From: a virus
Lineage: Duplodnaviria; Heunggongvirae; Uroviricota; Caudoviricetes
IMG/VR virus record: IMGVR_UViG_3300025597_000613
Coordinates: 23,495 to 87,494 of that record
Reading direction: 5' to 3' (one strand)
Length of the DNA: 64,000 nt
The position numbers were made by a program, and so were the translations under genes. This document shows positions 1 to 8,947 of this stretch, piece after piece (position 1 is the stretch's first letter; the number at the start of each line of letters is the position of its first letter). The notes under the pieces are model-generated. The model made no database searches. It was not told the origin of the DNA and was given only the letters and a program-made list of their open reading frames with translations.

Positions 1-168
1 TAGATATTGCCCTGGCCCTTGTTGAAGAACATTTAGAATGGTTTGATGAACAACACCACTTTTTATTCTTAAATTGAAATAAAGCATTATTTCCGCAACC
101 ATAATCACATAACATAGGAACCTCCTATGTTATTTATCGGTAAGCGCGGATTTTAACTTAAAATTATC

Positions 169-474
169 TTACGCACCAATAAATCCATTGTTTCTAAGAT
201 ATTGTTGATTGACATATTCTTGCCCAATCACCTCGAGGAAAGTGACCCAAGCTTCAGCTTCATGTTCGAAATCTCGTTCGAGTCCAAAATCATCATTGCC
301 CCAGACACAGACTCTCCAATTTAGCTCACTACCTTCTGTGTTCAATAGCTTGAGGAAAGAAACTTCAACAAGGTCAGAGACACGGGCATCACCGGTGATT
401 TTGTAATTACCGTACCAGTTATCTTGTGTACGCTTGAACGTATCTACTCTCATTATATCCCCCACGGTGCCCAC
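169..474 (-). CDS. hypothetical protein (101 aa)
   Basis: ORF on dominant minus strand; no recognisable motif. Confidence 0.4.
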   Translation of the reverse strand: MGTVGDIMRVDTFKRTQDNWYGNYKITGDARVSDLVEVSFLKLLNTEGSELNWRVCVWGNDDFGLERDFEHEAEAWVTFLEVIGQEYVNQQYLRNNGFIGA

Positions 475-734
475 GAGTCTGCAGGAATACTATCACTAAC
501 ATCCTTATCGGCCCATTTCAGGAATTGCTCCATAGTAACAGTCTTATATTTGCCATTCAGCGGCACAGCCGGACTGTCATATTGAAGTTTGGAACGATCA
601 ATACTAACCCAGAGGACATGCCGATCATTGTAGTATGATTGGAACAGGCTGCCTACAGCACGTGGTTTCTTGGCTCTGTAGACGTGACCAGCGGTAATGT
701 CTTTTTCAGTAATCATTTCACCACCCGGGCACAT
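453..734 (-). CDS. hypothetical protein (93 aa)
   Basis: minus-strand ORF, co-directional packing; no motif. Confidence 0.4.
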   Translation of the reverse strand: MCPGGEMITEKDITAGHVYRAKKPRAVGSLFQSYYNDRHVLWVSIDRSKLQYDSPAVPLNGKYKTVTMEQFLKWADKDVSDSIPADSWAPWGI

Positions 735-735
735 G

Positions 736-918
736 TTATCTAATAATTAGTGAATCTTGCGGAACATAGGGATCATCTTTTCGTGCCTGGTAATAAACAC
801 CTTCAACACCCTCTGGATAATCTCCGCCGCCGGCGTAGACTTCTTTATCTCCATATTTATCGACTGCTTCTTGCAGTTTCTTGATAAGTTCGGAGGCTTT
901 AATTCCACTTGCCCACAT
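736..918 (-). CDS. hypothetical small protein (start moved to internal Met to avoid overlap)
   Basis: ORF 736..966; internal ATG at 918 abuts upstream gene end (920); competing frame 747..1043 looks non-protein-like. Confidence 0.3.
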   Translation of the reverse strand: MWASGIKASELIKKLQEAVDKYGDKEVYAGGGDYPEGVEGVYYQARKDDPYVPQDSLIIR

Positions 919-919
919 A

Positions 920-1195
920 TTATTTCTCCAAAGGATGAGGAACGGGAAAAACCATATAGGTAGCAATGGTGATATCTCTTGATTTTTCCCCCGGGAAAAG
1001 TGGTTCTGTAGGTTGGCCGTAAAGGAATCGTTTCACGACACATTCAGCCAGGCGAACCTTTGCAGGCGTATATTGCCCGTCACCTTCTTTGACTTTTTTA
1101 GCACAACCGATAGTCGTATGAGAGAAACCGCCGTCGCTACGAGAGTAGCCGTACCAGCTACCGATGATAATTTCATTACCGAGGGCGTCAGTCAT
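920..1195 (-). CDS. hypothetical protein (91 aa)
   Basis: minus-strand ORF; 4-nt overlap with upstream gene. Confidence 0.4.
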   Translation of the reverse strand: MTDALGNEIIIGSWYGYSRSDGGFSHTTIGCAKKVKEGDGQYTPAKVRLAECVVKRFLYGQPTEPLFPGEKSRDITIATYMVFPVPHPLEK

Positions 1196-1401
1196 GATTT
1201 ATTCTTGGGTCGGTAGGTAATGAGCCAATTGAGGGCATAGTGAATGAAGTATCCAGCAAGTGCAATAGAAACTAAAGGTGCCAGGGTAGCCATGACTATG
1301 GCCAGAAACACAGGCCCTTCGTGTTCATCGATTTCAAGAAGATATCGAGCAACCAGCACGGCCTGCACAATCGCGTAGAGGATATAAATGGTTGGAATCA
1401 T
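1192..1401 (-). CDS. small hydrophobic membrane protein (69 aa)
   Basis: two hydrophobic stretches (AIVQAVLVARYLL / AIVMATLAPLVSIALAGYFI). Confidence 0.4.
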   Translation of the reverse strand: MIPTIYILYAIVQAVLVARYLLEIDEHEGPVFLAIVMATLAPLVSIALAGYFIHYALNWLITYRPKNKS

Positions 1402-1474
1402 TTGATTTGCTTTCTAAAAATGCGGGTCTTATTGACGCTGCCCGCACCGAGCGCATTCACACTGCCCAACAATT

Positions 1475-1699
1475 TTACGATGTTGCTGTCTTTTTGTCAA
1501 TGACAGCATTGGCATATTTTAGCTTGAATAGAATAGCCAGATCTTCCTCGATGTGCAAGGTAATATCCCTTCGTGGTCCCGACATGCTCATTCCAGACCA
1601 ATGCTGTGGGCCCAGGAGTGATACACGAAAGGCAACTTCCTCCTTGTAGGTATCACTATCGGCCCATCCATAGACGGTATATCTGACCCAAACCTTCAT
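1475..1699 (-). CDS. hypothetical protein (start at internal Met)
   Basis: ORF 1475..1777; internal ATG at 1699 gives ATGA-type overlap with SleB-like gene end (1696). Confidence 0.35.
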   Translation of the reverse strand: MKVWVRYTVYGWADSDTYKEEVAFRVSLLGPQHWSGMSMSGPRRDITLHIEEDLAILFKLKYANAVIDKKTATS

Positions 1700-2298
1700 G
1701 TTTTGCGCCCAGGATAGAATGGTTTGAAGAAACGGTGGTTCTCGATAATTGCCACTTGGGTATATTGTCGAGTCCATTGCGGATAAATGTATCCTTTTTC
1801 TTTCATGACTTTGTCCGCGACGTAATGCGTCGCACCCTGCGTAGGATCAGCAATTGTACGCTGGTATACAGCCCTTGCAACGCGCAGAGACTGCTGCCAG
1901 CCCGCTTGGTCAATGACATTTTTTTGTCGCGGCTCGACCTTCAGGCTCATTGCTGCCATCCGAAGAGTGGGATTATCATTGAAGACACTGTATTGTTTGG
2001 GTGCAAGCACTACGTCACAGATAGGCTTCTTCGTTGCACGATTCATAGCAGTCCACGCCACTGCAATCATTCCGTGTTCGGGTTCGCCACGAGCCTCACC
2101 GTAGACCATGGTGGCCAGACACTTAACTTCCTTGTCGGCCTTCTTTGCGTCATTGATAGAGATGAAGCCACGGCCAGCGCCGGCCTCGCCTTCTACAAAA
2201 TGGACGGCCGTTGATTTTGCTTTACCAATATGCGGCATATGCACGCCAGCATCACAGGCAACAAGGGCCAAAGGTAGGAATAGGAGTACAGCTCTCAT
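1696..2298 (-). CDS. SleB/CwlJ-family cell wall hydrolase, predicted lipoprotein
   Basis: MVYGEARGEPEHGMIAVAWTAMNRA matches SleB/Hydrolase_2 hallmark (EARGE...NR); N-terminal signal with lipobox LVAC; AGGAG 3 nt upstream of ATG. Confidence 0.6.
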   Translation of the reverse strand: MRAVLLFLPLALVACDAGVHMPHIGKAKSTAVHFVEGEAGAGRGFISINDAKKADKEVKCLATMVYGEARGEPEHGMIAVAWTAMNRATKKPICDVVLAPKQYSVFNDNPTLRMAAMSLKVEPRQKNVIDQAGWQQSLRVARAVYQRTIADPTQGATHYVADKVMKEKGYIYPQWTRQYTQVAIIENHRFFKPFYPGRKT

Positions 2299-2356
2299 AC
2301 TCCTATAATAAGACTAAACAGGATTTAGGTCAATAACCTAATCCTTATTTAAGAAT

Positions 2357-2815
2357 TTACCTGTCAACAATCCCGAGACCGAAGTGTTGAAAAAATTCCC
2401 TTGTTGCCGCAATAAATTCTTCTTCGGTGAGATGCTCAGGAATAGTGACTTCGTAGGATGTTCCCTTAAAGTGATTTTTACGAATACCGTCACTAAACAC
2501 CAGCCATCTGAGATTTCGAACATCGTCGTAGAAGACCCAGGCACCCGGATACGATTCATAGCCCTTCATATGGCAATTCGGCTTCCCGAATTTTTGAGCA
2601 ATGTCGCAACCGTGAATTCTAAAGTTCATTTCTAACTGTTGGCCGAGTGTAGAATCACCAGCCTTGACAGACCAGAAGCCACGAAAGTTAGGAAAGCGAT
2701 CGGAATAATACAGATTACTGAGTACCTCACCCTGACTGGAGATTTTTTCAATTTCCTTAATTGTGAGGTTGCCTTGGTGCTGAGTTATCATATCTACCTC
2801 AGAAATATTTTTCAA
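2357..2815 (-). CDS. hypothetical protein (152 aa)
   Basis: minus-strand ORF; no motif recognised. Confidence 0.4.
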   Translation of the reverse strand: MKNISEVDMITQHQGNLTIKEIEKISSQGEVLSNLYYSDRFPNFRGFWSVKAGDSTLGQQLEMNFRIHGCDIAQKFGKPNCHMKGYESYPGAWVFYDDVRNLRWLVFSDGIRKNHFKGTSYEVTIPEHLTEEEFIAATREFFQHFGLGIVDR

Positions 2816-3056
2816 GAACTTTCTTCACTCTGCGTTCGTGCCGCATCTCCCGAATCTCATGGGCATTATATTCTTCTTCAGTGGCCTGATTCCACCTTTG
2901 ATCATTATGCCAATATTGCCAATTCATGCATTGAAGATAAAAATTTACAGCAGAATCCAGAGAGGTGCAGATTTTAGTCTTCTTATACTTCTTACCAAAT
3001 TCTGTATAACGAACGGTGAGGGAAATTCCCTTTATTGGCTTAATATCTGTTTTCAT
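2799..3056 (-). CDS. hypothetical protein (85 aa)
   Basis: minus-strand ORF. Confidence 0.35.
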   Translation of the reverse strand: MKTDIKPIKGISLTVRYTEFGKKYKKTKICTSLDSAVNFYLQCMNWQYWHNDQRWNQATEEEYNAHEIREMRHERRVKKVLEKYF

Positions 3057-3244
3057 TTATTCAGCCATCTGAAGAAATACACTACCGCACTAATACAGAA
3101 GATGGTGTTAACAACGGGGACAAAGCATGAAGAGATATATCTACCCAGGGTCCAGCCCTTGTGATCCTCCTCAGTATTCCATTCGTAGATGGAAAGCAGA
3201 ATCATACAGATAGTGCTGATAAGATAGATGTAGAGAAGAATCAT
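3053..3244 (-). CDS. small membrane protein (63 aa)
   Basis: two hydrophobic helices; 4-nt overlap with downstream gene. Confidence 0.35.
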   Translation of the reverse strand: MILLYIYLISTICMILLSIYEWNTEEDHKGWTLGRYISSCFVPVVNTIFCISAVVYFFRWLNK

Positions 3245-3553
3245 TTGAAATTCCCGATATAGATGTGATTTCTTCCGAGTCGAACCTTAATAAACCAATC
3301 TTCGAATCCAGATACCTTAAAACCCTTATTCGTCAGGGAAATATTCCAGTTGGGGAGTCCCCTGACCGAGATATCCCATGCTTTAGAAAAAGCATACAAT
3401 CTTTTGATATGATACTTCATCTAAATCTTTCAATAATGATAGTCGCGCCAGAGTAACCAATCTTTCGCGGCCGCGCGCCGAGGTCCAACCCGTCGCTGCC
3501 AACGCCCGCTGATCAGTATCTGACCACTATCCGTATATGGACATACACCTTTC

Positions 3554-3629
3554 TGGTAGACCGCCAGGGGGTCGAACCCTGTCCTAACGATTATGAGTCG
3601 TTTGCTATTACCAACTTAGCTCGCAGTCC
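3554..3629 (-). tRNA. tRNA-Met (anticodon CAT), 76 nt, CCA encoded
   Basis: hand-folded cloverleaf: acceptor GGACTGC/GCGGTCT (two G-U), D arm GCTA-AGTTGGTAA-TAGC, anticodon arm AACGA-CTCATAA-TCGTT, T arm CAGGG-TTCGACC-CCCTG, discriminator A + CCA. Confidence 0.8.
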
Positions 3630-3777
3630 TATTTTCTTCCTTCGGGCGATATTCCTTATTTGTGACGCCCCACGGATCAGTACCGGAGAACCAGCACCAT
3701 TCTCCACGGTACAGACCCCAGCACTCAGCCCATTCGGGCGCCTCGTCCCAATTAGGTTCTTTGATTGGTGCTTCCAT
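3616..3777 (-). CDS. hypothetical Trp-rich small protein (54 aa)
   Basis: ORF from internal ATG; 3' end overlaps 5' end of tRNA-Met by ~14 nt, so doubtful. Confidence 0.25.
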   Translation of the reverse strand: MEAPIKEPNWDEAPEWAECWGLYRGEWCWFSGTDPWGVTNKEYRPKEENRTAS

Positions 3778-3778
3778 A

Positions 3779-4030
3779 TCAGTATGCAATGTCCAGCCAG
3801 TGCTTGGAAGCAAGTTCCCGCGCGGCCGGAATGTTATCAGCACGAATAGCTTCAAGGAAGAAGTTAGTCAGTTCGCAGAGGTCATCATAACCCCAGAAGC
3901 CATCTTCGGGTGCATGTTTTTCCATAAGTTGGAGGGCATCCGAGGTATCCTTGATTTTACCATCAAGGACAAGTTGAAGGAATTCCTGTGCAGGCTTAGC
4001 CAGGTGACGACTGATCATTATCTTCTCCAA
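3779..4030 (-). CDS. hypothetical protein (83 aa)
   Basis: minus-strand ORF. Confidence 0.4.
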   Translation of the reverse strand: MEKIMISRHLAKPAQEFLQLVLDGKIKDTSDALQLMEKHAPEDGFWGYDDLCELTNFFLEAIRADNIPAARELASKHWLDIAY

Positions 4031-4199
4031 TCTTATAGTTAAGGAGGTGGTTGTACTTAGGATCCCAATGTGCTTTGAATTTTACCTCAGACTCTTGGTA
4101 GAGGATTTCAGCTTTCTTAGCATCACCATTCTGTAAGGCTTCATACAAGGCAGAGCCTCGTTGTGCCAGTGTGTTTTTATACTTGATGAATTTATTCAT
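3996..4199 (-). CDS. hypothetical protein (67 aa)
   Basis: minus-strand ORF. Confidence 0.35.
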   Translation of the reverse strand: MNKFIKYKNTLAQRGSALYEALQNGDAKKAEILYQESEVKFKAHWDPKYNHLLNYKIGEDNDQSSPG

Positions 4200-4200
4200 G

Positions 4201-4497
4201 TCAATGAAGTTGCATCCGTGCTTCTTTAAACCAATCCTCGGCCACCTTCATTGCCACAGCCAAACGAGATGCGTAGTGAAGCATAATTCCGTCTCGTTGG
4301 CACACCTTCGTGACTTCTTGCAGAAGATAGAAGCGTGCCCAACTCTTGATTCCTGCTGCTCTTTCAAAGGAAAGGTGAATGTCCTGCCTGCTATTGAATT
4401 CCTGATCACAGGTTTCGTAGATCGTATCGATATCATCCGACTCCACAGCCAGATTAGTAATATCGATACGATTTCTCGTAGACAGGACCTTGTCCAT
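4201..4497 (-). CDS. hypothetical protein (98 aa)
   Basis: minus-strand ORF. Confidence 0.4.
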   Translation of the reverse strand: MDKVLSTRNRIDITNLAVESDDIDTIYETCDQEFNSRQDIHLSFERAAGIKSWARFYLLQEVTKVCQRDGIMLHYASRLAVAMKVAEDWFKEARMQLH

Positions 4498-4808
4498 TAG
4501 CCCGACACCTTTCGCAGGAAATTCGGCACGGGAATCACATCAACCGTCTTCGGGATCTTCTTTGCAGGTGCCGGTCGGTTACGTGCCGGTTTCGCAGCAT
4601 CTTTATCAAGATACCACATAAGCAATTTTTCTTGCACGAAGTGTGCCATGTTGTTGGTATGATCATGCGCAAACTTCGGCGCATCGGGACCCCAGGATTT
4701 GAACTTGAGGAAATGATGCACTGCCTCGCGGTGCTCGCGATTGGTGGGATCAAATTCGACTGCTTGTTTACGAGTAAGAATCATCTTCAACCTTTGAAAA
4801 TTGTCCAA
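4497..4808 (-). CDS. hypothetical protein (103 aa)
   Basis: minus-strand ORF. Confidence 0.4.
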   Translation of the reverse strand: MDNFQRLKMILTRKQAVEFDPTNREHREAVHHFLKFKSWGPDAPKFAHDHTNNMAHFVQEKLLMWYLDKDAAKPARNRPAPAKKIPKTVDVIPVPNFLRKVSG

Positions 4809-5008
4809 TTATTTTTTACACATATGGCCACCGCCTCGGTGTAATTATCTGCATCAAGCTTTATTTTATTACGAACCGGGACAGTACACCAACCGGTTGT
4901 ATGTGGTCTAAGATGCTGATCACAGTAGATCCAGGCATTGCGCCCAAAGGCAATTTGGTCCTCGGTGGGAGGCTTCTTTAATGCCTCAAATGTATCGTCT
5001 TCAGTCAT
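4787..5008 (-). CDS. small protein, DTF-motif paralog family member
   Basis: N-terminus MTEDDTFEALKK shares the E/D-E/D-D-T-F-x-x-L-K/R motif with 7 other small ORFs in the window. Confidence 0.4.
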   Translation of the reverse strand: MTEDDTFEALKKPPTEDQIAFGRNAWIYCDQHLRPHTTGWCTVPVRNKIKLDADNYTEAVAICVKNNWTIFKG

Positions 5009-5292
5009 GGTTTAACCTCAATCCATACGGCATTATCGATGTCTGGTCGCGCCCATGCTACTTCATTTATCTTATAGATGGTATGGCCACTGTTATTGTC
5101 ACCCAGGTATGGGCCCTGGCTATCATGCGGGAGTTTATGCAATTGTGTTGCCGGAATACAATAGATTCTTTGACCATAAGCATTGTCTGAATATCGAAAA
5201 TGAATACCACGACAAAACAACTCAATATTGAGATGGTCGAATTCATTTTGATTGCCAGAAGGCAAAAGGCAATATCTATCTTCGAATTGCAT
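5005..5292 (-). CDS. hypothetical protein (95 aa)
   Basis: minus-strand ORF; ATG start confirmed in sequence. Confidence 0.4.
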   Translation of the reverse strand: MQFEDRYCLLPSGNQNEFDHLNIELFCRGIHFRYSDNAYGQRIYCIPATQLHKLPHDSQGPYLGDNNSGHTIYKINEVAWARPDIDNAVWIEVKP

Positions 5293-5298
5293 AATGAT

Positions 5299-5373
5299 TG
5301 GTCCGGCGTAGAGGAATCGAACCTCTATCAGCGGATTAGAAGTCCGCGGTTCTGTCCGTTGAACTAACGCCAG
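5299..5373 (-). tRNA. tRNA-Arg (anticodon TCT), 75 nt, CCA encoded
   Basis: hand-folded: acceptor CTGGCGT/ACGCCGG, D arm GTTC-AACGGACA-GAAC, anticodon arm GCGGA-CTTCTAA-TCCGC, T arm AGAGG-TTCGATT-CCTCT, discriminator A + CCA. Confidence 0.8.
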
Positions 5374-5382
5374 ATTTATTCT

Positions 5383-5721
5383 TTATTTACTGAACAGTTT
5401 CAGATGATTTCGTTGAGCCATGTGAATGAAGTCGGCATAACCTGCAGGAACAGGATCGTCTCTTTCTGATACCAGGAATATCAAATCGGGATACAACCCC
5501 TTCAGCATATCGGCCGTGATATCGGTGACAAAATATTCAGCTGCGAAATTTTTATCGGTGCCCCATTCGTACCCGATTTCGGTGAGGAAATCACTTGAAC
5601 TGAAGCCTTCCGCAACGACCAAGAATTCTTGAATCTGTGGATTCAGCCACGAGAACACCGGTACGCCCGGCAGCCCTTTGATATAAATCTTCTTCATGTT
5701 AGCCGAAGAAGCTACTAGCAA
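5383..5721 (-). CDS. hypothetical protein
   Basis: track start is a TTG codon; first ATG is at 5697 (MKKIYIKG...), so the start is uncertain. Confidence 0.4.
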   Translation of the reverse strand: MLVASSANMKKIYIKGLPGVPVFSWLNPQIQEFLVVAEGFSSSDFLTEIGYEWGTDKNFAAEYFVTDITADMLKGLYPDLIFLVSERDDPVPAGYADFIHMAQRNHLKLFSK

Positions 5722-5862
5722 CCTGCACCATGATGATCATTCGTTCATGTTGGCAGAGGAAATTCAGTAGCATGAGGTCGAAAGCGTCTTTGATGATCTG
5801 GTCCATATCTGCTCCTTGTTGCCTATATTATAACAGGCTATGTGTCAGCGGTCAAATATTTA

Positions 5863-6084
5863 TTAAAGGAATAGAAGGGGAATCATAGCCAGGCTGATTA
5901 GGATAAATCCCAGCAGCTTGAGGATGGCCGGCATGGTAAATGCTGCAAGAATAAAACACATTACCTTAGGCCAAAATGTCATCTCGATAGATCCAAGATT
6001 TTCTTGAAAGACAGAGCAATAGAATTTGTAAAGGAAATAAGTTCCAATTACAAAAATTGCCAGAAAGAGAATAGTTTCTATCAT
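5863..6084 (-). CDS. small membrane protein (73 aa)
   Basis: three hydrophobic segments. Confidence 0.4.
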   Translation of the reverse strand: MIETILFLAIFVIGTYFLYKFYCSVFQENLGSIEMTFWPKVMCFILAAFTMPAILKLLGFILISLAMIPLLFL

Positions 6085-6275
6085 GACTTCTCTTGGTAGA
6101 AAGAGAGAAGTCCATCAAGAAGATCAGCAATCTCTATGGAACGAATAGGTACTGCACCGGTTCGCGGGATACCGTCGCCGAGATAGGCCCCTTTGCCGTC
6201 GTTAGGCCCTTTCATGGCGCGCAGCGTGCCAACGAGTTTACGAGCTTGATCGATGTCTATTTCGGGGTTAGGCAT
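6081..6275 (-). CDS. hypothetical protein (start uncertain; could extend to 6437)
   Basis: long ORF 6081..6437 overlaps the translationally coupled gene 6359..6571; internal ATG at 6275 chosen. Confidence 0.3.
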   Translation of the reverse strand: MPNPEIDIDQARKLVGTLRAMKGPNDGKGAYLGDGIPRTGAVPIRSIEIADLLDGLLSFYQEKS

Positions 6276-6358
6276 GATTTTTCTTAATAAAATCAAAGAG
6301 ATAAAAACCGGTTTTTCCGTTATTTCTATCTTATGCGTCTGAGTGCGTCGAATTCTTG

Positions 6359-6571
6359 TTATTGAGTCGAATTTTCGGTGTATTTGGCATGACCACTGTA
6401 ATGCCCAATCATTCCATCTTCCATTGGTTCGTTGCACTCGAATACATAGATTTTGGATTTATATTCAAGCACCTCTGGCCAATCAAGGCCCAGAGCCTGG
6501 AAAGTGGCAACAACATGCAGGAAACCGTTTCCGGTACCTACGATATGATATTGACCTGGAAGCATCTTCAT
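6359..6571 (-). CDS. hypothetical protein (70 aa)
   Basis: 4-nt overlap with upstream lipoprotein gene. Confidence 0.35.
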   Translation of the reverse strand: MKMLPGQYHIVGTGNGFLHVVATFQALGLDWPEVLEYKSKIYVFECNEPMEDGMIGHYSGHAKYTENSTQ

Positions 6572-6984
6572 GGCAGTTGCTTGATAACAAGCCTCTTACG
6601 CTCAAGGAGTTCTCTGGTCACCTTTAGTTCGGCTTCCAGAACTTTCGTGCGTGCAATCTCTACATCCACCTTTGCCAGCTCGGAATCTTTTTCGAGGATG
6701 CCCGAGGGTGCAGATGCAGGTGCCTCAACTGTGGAGGTGTAGTCTGGATATTTTCCAGACTTGGTCACCGAAGTCGAAGAATTCGGGCAACGCACAATGT
6801 GGTAGGGTGTACCACTAGAATTCCGGAAGGTAAAGAATTTACAATCCTTCAATTCTGCAGGAACCATGTCCTGAGGAATCATAGGACCCTGATCCACTCT
6901 GGGTTCACACGCCGTCAGAAGAACCGCAATGCCGACAGCAGAGAGCACAGTGGTGGCAGAAATAAACCGCAGAGGGAAGTTCAT
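6568..6984 (-). CDS. predicted lipoprotein (138 aa)
   Basis: signal peptide with lipobox LLTAC. Confidence 0.5.
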   Translation of the reverse strand: MNFPLRFISATTVLSAVGIAVLLTACEPRVDQGPMIPQDMVPAELKDCKFFTFRNSSGTPYHIVRCPNSSTSVTKSGKYPDYTSTVEAPASAPSGILEKDSELAKVDVEIARTKVLEAELKVTRELLERKRLVIKQLP

Positions 6985-6985
6985 T

Positions 6986-7180
6986 TTATTCCTTTCGGAA
7001 AGAACCGTAGGTAGAATTCAGTGCGTCAACGGCATCATGCCATTCTTCTTCGCCCCATTCGGCGAGCATAACGGCTTCATTCATGATGGCGAAGTCTTCG
7101 ATCATGTTTTCCGGAATGGAGTAAAGATTGCCGTCATAATCTTTACGAATGATTTTGCGAATGGCGAGGTCTGTTGTCAT
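6986..7180 (-). CDS. hypothetical acidic small protein (64 aa)
   Basis: minus-strand ORF. Confidence 0.35.
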   Translation of the reverse strand: MTTDLAIRKIIRKDYDGNLYSIPENMIEDFAIMNEAVMLAEWGEEEWHDAVDALNSTYGSFRKE

Positions 7181-7219
7181 GTGTGTATTTTATTGTAGAC
7201 GCCTTTATGCGTCTACTGG

Positions 7220-7705
7220 TTATTGAAGTTTGTCGGAACCTTGCACATAGAAGGAATCACCGCTGATGCTAAATCCTTCCATGGGGTCGGAATTACTGGT
7301 CACCGTCTTACCGGTTTCCACATCGGTTACGGTCGCTTCACCGATCTCATCGTCGGCAAACTCTTCTGTGGCGTATGCGTCATGGAAGGCATCTTGCAAT
7401 TGTGCCAGGAAATTTTCACGCATGATTCGATTCTCTCGCTCGGTACGAAGCATCATACGGAGAATATTCTTGGCATGGGCCTCGCTAAGATCCTGGATCT
7501 GGATGAGGTCACCCTCTTTAGTCATCCAGACTTCGTCGATGTATTCTTTACCATCCTGGGCGACATAGTTGCTTCGTTCAATCCAGGTAAGACGAATCGT
7601 GCCATCTTCGAGCTCATAGGCATCAATGGCATGCTTAGGATTCTTTTGCAATTCATTGAGTTTCTGTTGTGCTTCCGCAACGTCTTTGGTTTCAAATCGG
7701 TTCAT
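7220..7705 (-). CDS. hypothetical protein (start at internal ATG with GGAG 7 nt upstream)
   Basis: ORF 7220..7843; ATG at 7705 preceded by ACGGAG; N-terminal extension looks non-coding. Confidence 0.45.
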   Translation of the reverse strand: MNRFETKDVAEAQQKLNELQKNPKHAIDAYELEDGTIRLTWIERSNYVAQDGKEYIDEVWMTKEGDLIQIQDLSEAHAKNILRMMLRTERENRIMRENFLAQLQDAFHDAYATEEFADDEIGEATVTDVETGKTVTSNSDPMEGFSISGDSFYVQGSDKLQ

Positions 7706-7846
7706 CTTTTTCTCCGTTGTTTTGTTCAGCAAGGTCATTCTCCCTTTCAAGTTTCCTGGAGAGTTCTCTTTTATATTCAGCCTGTGCCTCAATAAGGTCA
7801 CCGAAGACCAGATGTGTAGCAACACCAAGGATGATAATTTCAAAGA

Positions 7847-8062
7847 TCATTCGTCATCTCCTACAAAACTGTCCATAGGCATTACATCAAAGATTGAATC
7901 TGTTTCGAAATAATCTTCGATTTCCCTATCTTGTTCAATGCAAAATTTAGCATATTCGGCGGGTGTAGGAATGATGTATCCTTCCCTTTCTGCTACCTTT
8001 AGCAATTCCGGATAGGTAAATTCGTTTTCCCATCCAAAAATCATTAGGTCGAATTTAGTCAT
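7847..8062 (-). CDS. hypothetical acidic protein
   Basis: ORF 7847..8128; internal Met chosen to limit overlap with the upstream Cys-rich ORF. Confidence 0.35.
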   Translation of the reverse strand: MTKFDLMIFGWENEFTYPELLKVAEREGYIIPTPAEYAKFCIEQDREIEDYFETDSIFDVMPMDSFVGDDE

Positions 8063-8249
8063 CTTTTCTTTTGCCTTCTGTGCAAAGTGTATGCCCGTAT
8101 TCACGAACGAATTCCGGATTATGCTCATTGATTAGTTGGGCACATTGACGGCAGTAATACCGTTGAGTGGAATGATTATACCAATTGGCACCCAATGCCC
8201 GGCACGAAGAGCGGTTGCATAGGCCAAGATAAGTTCCGACATTTTCCAT
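8055..8249 (-). CDS. small Cys-rich protein (64 aa), possible zinc ribbon
   Basis: CNRSSCRALGANWYNHSTQRYYCRQCAQ has paired Cys motifs. Confidence 0.35.
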   Translation of the reverse strand: MENVGTYLGLCNRSSCRALGANWYNHSTQRYYCRQCAQLINEHNPEFVREYGHTLCTEGKRKDD

Positions 8250-8384
8250 AAGTGTATTTTACTGACCTATAGGGGCAAAGTCAACATCCTGAGATGGGTG
8301 TAACTAAATGTAAATTTATATTCACCAAGGCCAACGCAAGATTCTGTTGCCATAACACCACAAAGATATTACAGGATGAAGAAC

Positions 8385-8879
8385 TTATTCACTCGGCGGT
8401 GCAGCGGGAGTCTTTCCGTTACGACGCACGCCTGTGACTTCGGGAGGATGGTGGTCCATGCAATAGGTCTTGACCCAGCCCTCTCCATCTGTGAAGCCTG
8501 GTTTTCCGCATGCTTCGCAGGTAACGCCCGACATGCCTTCTGCGAAAGATATAAGGGCATCAACCGTTTCGTTGCTATTATGCACGTATACGCGCAATGT
8601 ACCATATTTTTCTTTAATATCGGTAATCTCGGGTAATTCATCCACAACTATCTTTAGTTTTTCTCGACACTCTCTTTCGTAGTCACCATTATCATCTCTG
8701 GGATATTGTATAGATGCACGCAATCTTCCTTCGGCAGTATCTACCTTTTGATATATGGCTGCAAAAAGTTCGCGCAGGATAGACCACCAGCCTTTGTCGA
8801 CATGAATACCGGTTTGTGATTTCTCCATAAGATGTGGAAAATCTTTTGCTAATTCTTCGTAAAAATCATCATTGTTCAT
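8385..8879 (-). CDS. hypothetical protein (164 aa)
   Basis: minus-strand ORF preceded by 130-nt intergenic region with palindromes. Confidence 0.45.
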   Translation of the reverse strand: MNNDDFYEELAKDFPHLMEKSQTGIHVDKGWWSILRELFAAIYQKVDTAEGRLRASIQYPRDDNGDYERECREKLKIVVDELPEITDIKEKYGTLRVYVHNSNETVDALISFAEGMSGVTCEACGKPGFTDGEGWVKTYCMDHHPPEVTGVRRNGKTPAAPPSE

Positions 8880-8922
8880 TTGACAATTATAGCTTGATTA
8901 TGCACGTAAGTCTATAGGCACG

Positions 8923-8947
8923 TTTTTTGCGCACGATTCCTGCGCAA
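8923..8947. promoter_or_regulatory. perfect inverted repeat TTTTGCGCA-N7-TGCGCAAAA (candidate operator)
   Basis: 9-bp arms, 7-nt spacer in the intergenic region upstream of gene 8385..8879; read directly. Confidence 0.35.

Noticed and set aside
747-1043. 98-aa minus-strand ORF overlapping 736..966 and 920..1195
   Set aside because: Alternative frame with Arg/Ser/Cys-rich non-protein-like translation; neighbours in the other frames look more protein-like.
3465-3520. GC-rich block next to tRNA-Met as a second tRNA
   Set aside because: No acceptor/D/anticodon/T arrangement could be folded on either strand; reported only as an unexplained island.
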